Shown: positions 62,885-64,000 of the stretch, one piece after another
Layout: each line of letters begins with the position of its first letter
How positions within the stretch are numbered: position 1 is the stretch's first letter
Source of the DNA: Bacilli bacterium
Lineage (GTDB): Bacteria > Bacillota > Bacilli > JACDOE01
Assembly (NCBI GenBank): GCA_041686735.1
Contig: JAWLDF010000002.1
Span: forward strand, 642 to 64,641
Reading direction: 5' to 3'
Length of the DNA: 64,000 nt
Made by a program: the position numbers and the translations under genes
The notes under the pieces: model-generated
Databases searched by the model: none
The model's input: only the letters and a program-made list of their open reading frames with translations
Told to the model about the DNA's origin: nothing

Positions 62885-63991
62885 ATGACAACACAACAAA
62901 CCTATCAGCCGATGGACCAACGTTTGATCCCCATCGTTGAAAAAGTGGAACGGGGGGAACGACTGTCCCTTGAAGACGGGCTGACTTTATACGAAACAGA
63001 CGATATTTTAACAGTAGGACAACTGGCTAACCGGGTGAACCTGCAAAAGAACGGTGAACGGGTTTACTTCATTCAAAACATGTACATCAATCCCACCAAT
63101 GTATGTGAAGCCCATTGTAAATTTTGCAGTTTTCGCCGGGATCCCGGAGAAGACGGGGCATACACCATGGATAAACAGGAACTGCTCGATTATGTAAATC
63201 AGCACATGAGTGAAAACATCCGTGAATTTCACATTGTCGGCGGCCATAATCACACCGTTTCCTTTGATTATTACCTCGATACGATTCGTGTGCTGAAGGA
63301 AAACTTTCCGGGAATTACCATCAAAGCCTATACCGCGGCAGAAATTGTCTTTTTCAGTAAAATTACCGGAATGTCTGAAGAACAGGTGCTGAAAGACTTG
63401 ATGGATGCCGGACTGCATACCCTTCCCGGAGGAGGAGCCGAGATTTTAACTGAAGAATATCGGGCGAAAATGAGTCCGGAAAAAGCGAGTACCGACGAAT
63501 GGCTGAATGTGCATCGCATTGCTCACGGACTGGGAATGAAAACCCATGCCACCATGCTCTATGGTTCGATCGAAAGCCTGGAAGAGCGATTAACCCACAT
63601 GGTCCGCCTGCGTGAACTGCAGGATGAAACCGGCGGATTCCTGGTATTTATCCCGCTGGCCGTTCAGCCCAAAAAGGCGACGGCATCCATTAAACGGCGT
63701 ACTTCCGCATATGATGACTTGAAAACCGTAGCCATCAGCCGCCTCATGCTGGACAATTTTCCGCATATTAAGGCATACTGGATCAATATCGGAACACAGT
63801 TGACCCAGCTTTCATTAGCATTCGGATCATCCGATATCCACGGCACCCTGGTTGAAGAGCGAATCAGTCATGCAGCAGGTGCACTGACCCAGACCGCCCT
63901 CACCCGGGACGAACTGGTCTGGCTGATCCGGGGAGCCAATCGCATTCCGGTTGAACGGGATACATTTTATAACGTGATAAAAGAATACTGA
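62885..63991 (+). CDS. Radical SAM enzyme of the CofH/MqnC/MqnE family, paralogue 2
   Basis: 368 aa. CEAHCKFCSF cluster, FHIVGG, GGGAEIL, and FPHIKAYWINIG...IPVERDTFYN. Tandem paralogue of the upstream gene, 36-bp spacer with GGAGCAGGAAAGGA RBS. Confidence 0.75.
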   Translation: MTTQQTYQPMDQRLIPIVEKVERGERLSLEDGLTLYETDDILTVGQLANRVNLQKNGERVYFIQNMYINPTNVCEAHCKFCSFRRDPGEDGAYTMDKQELLDYVNQHMSENIREFHIVGGHNHTVSFDYYLDTIRVLKENFPGITIKAYTAAEIVFFSKITGMSEEQVLKDLMDAGLHTLPGGGAEILTEEYRAKMSPEKASTDEWLNVHRIAHGLGMKTHATMLYGSIESLEERLTHMVRLRELQDETGGFLVFIPLAVQPKKATASIKRRTSAYDDLKTVAISRLMLDNFPHIKAYWINIGTQLTQLSLAFGSSDIHGTLVEERISHAAGALTQTALTRDELVWLIRGANRIPVERDTFYNVIKEY

Positions 63992-64000
63992 TCGGATTGG

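Overview
This window reads as a low-GC Firmicutes chromosome from an endospore-forming Bacillaceae member. The evidence is a GerA-family germinant-receptor operon, an SPL-like radical SAM gene, a Spo0E-like phosphatase gene, and partial synteny with the B. subtilis yuiH…yuiA-yumB-yumC block. About 90 elements are supported.

Housekeeping and transport:
- pdhABCD pyruvate dehydrogenase operon.
- ltaE-TerC operon.
- LivJHMGF branched-chain amino-acid ABC transporter with an acyl-CoA thioesterase.
- CcdA with a TlpA/ResA-like thioredoxin and a cysteine-free membrane protein.
- Sulfur-transfer mini-cluster (DsrE-like, rhodanese, half-size flavoprotein) next to aspA.
- Beta-carbonic anhydrase with a SulP anion transporter.
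- GerA-family (gerK-like) A-C-B germinant receptor.
- csoR-copZ-copA copper operon with two CsoR-type palindromic operators.
- Beta-alanine/polyamine-type catabolic cluster (PatA-like and omega-aminotransferases, ald, mmsA) under a divergent PucR-family regulator.
- pepA, yuiD, yuiC and yuiB homologues.
- ndh, yumC and sufA.
- Two tandem MqnC/MqnE(CofH)-family radical SAM genes.

Accessory and odd features:
- A 6.6-kb insertion between the yuiB and yuiA homologues carries SRAP (YedK-like), a ComFB-family gene, an HD-GYP protein, glpK, an SDR, an SPL-like radical SAM gene and a PNP/MTAN-fold nucleosidase-like gene. The ComFB-family gene is divergent from an HD-GYP protein with substituted catalytic motifs. 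The nucleosidase-like gene is translationally coupled to the SPL-like gene.
- A lower-GC island holds nagZ plus an internally shortened nagA.
- A ParE/Phd toxin-antitoxin pair with a palindromic operator.
- A dihydrofolate-reductase-family pseudogene at the left edge.
- Two small zinc-ribbon genes below the ORF-track cutoff (YhfH-like, YuiA-like).
- A Gln-rich HPTF-repeat protein.
- Several unassigned palindromes.

No rRNA, tRNA, CRISPR array, transposase or integrase was found. All calls rest on reading the sequence and on recalled family motifs; no database search was run.
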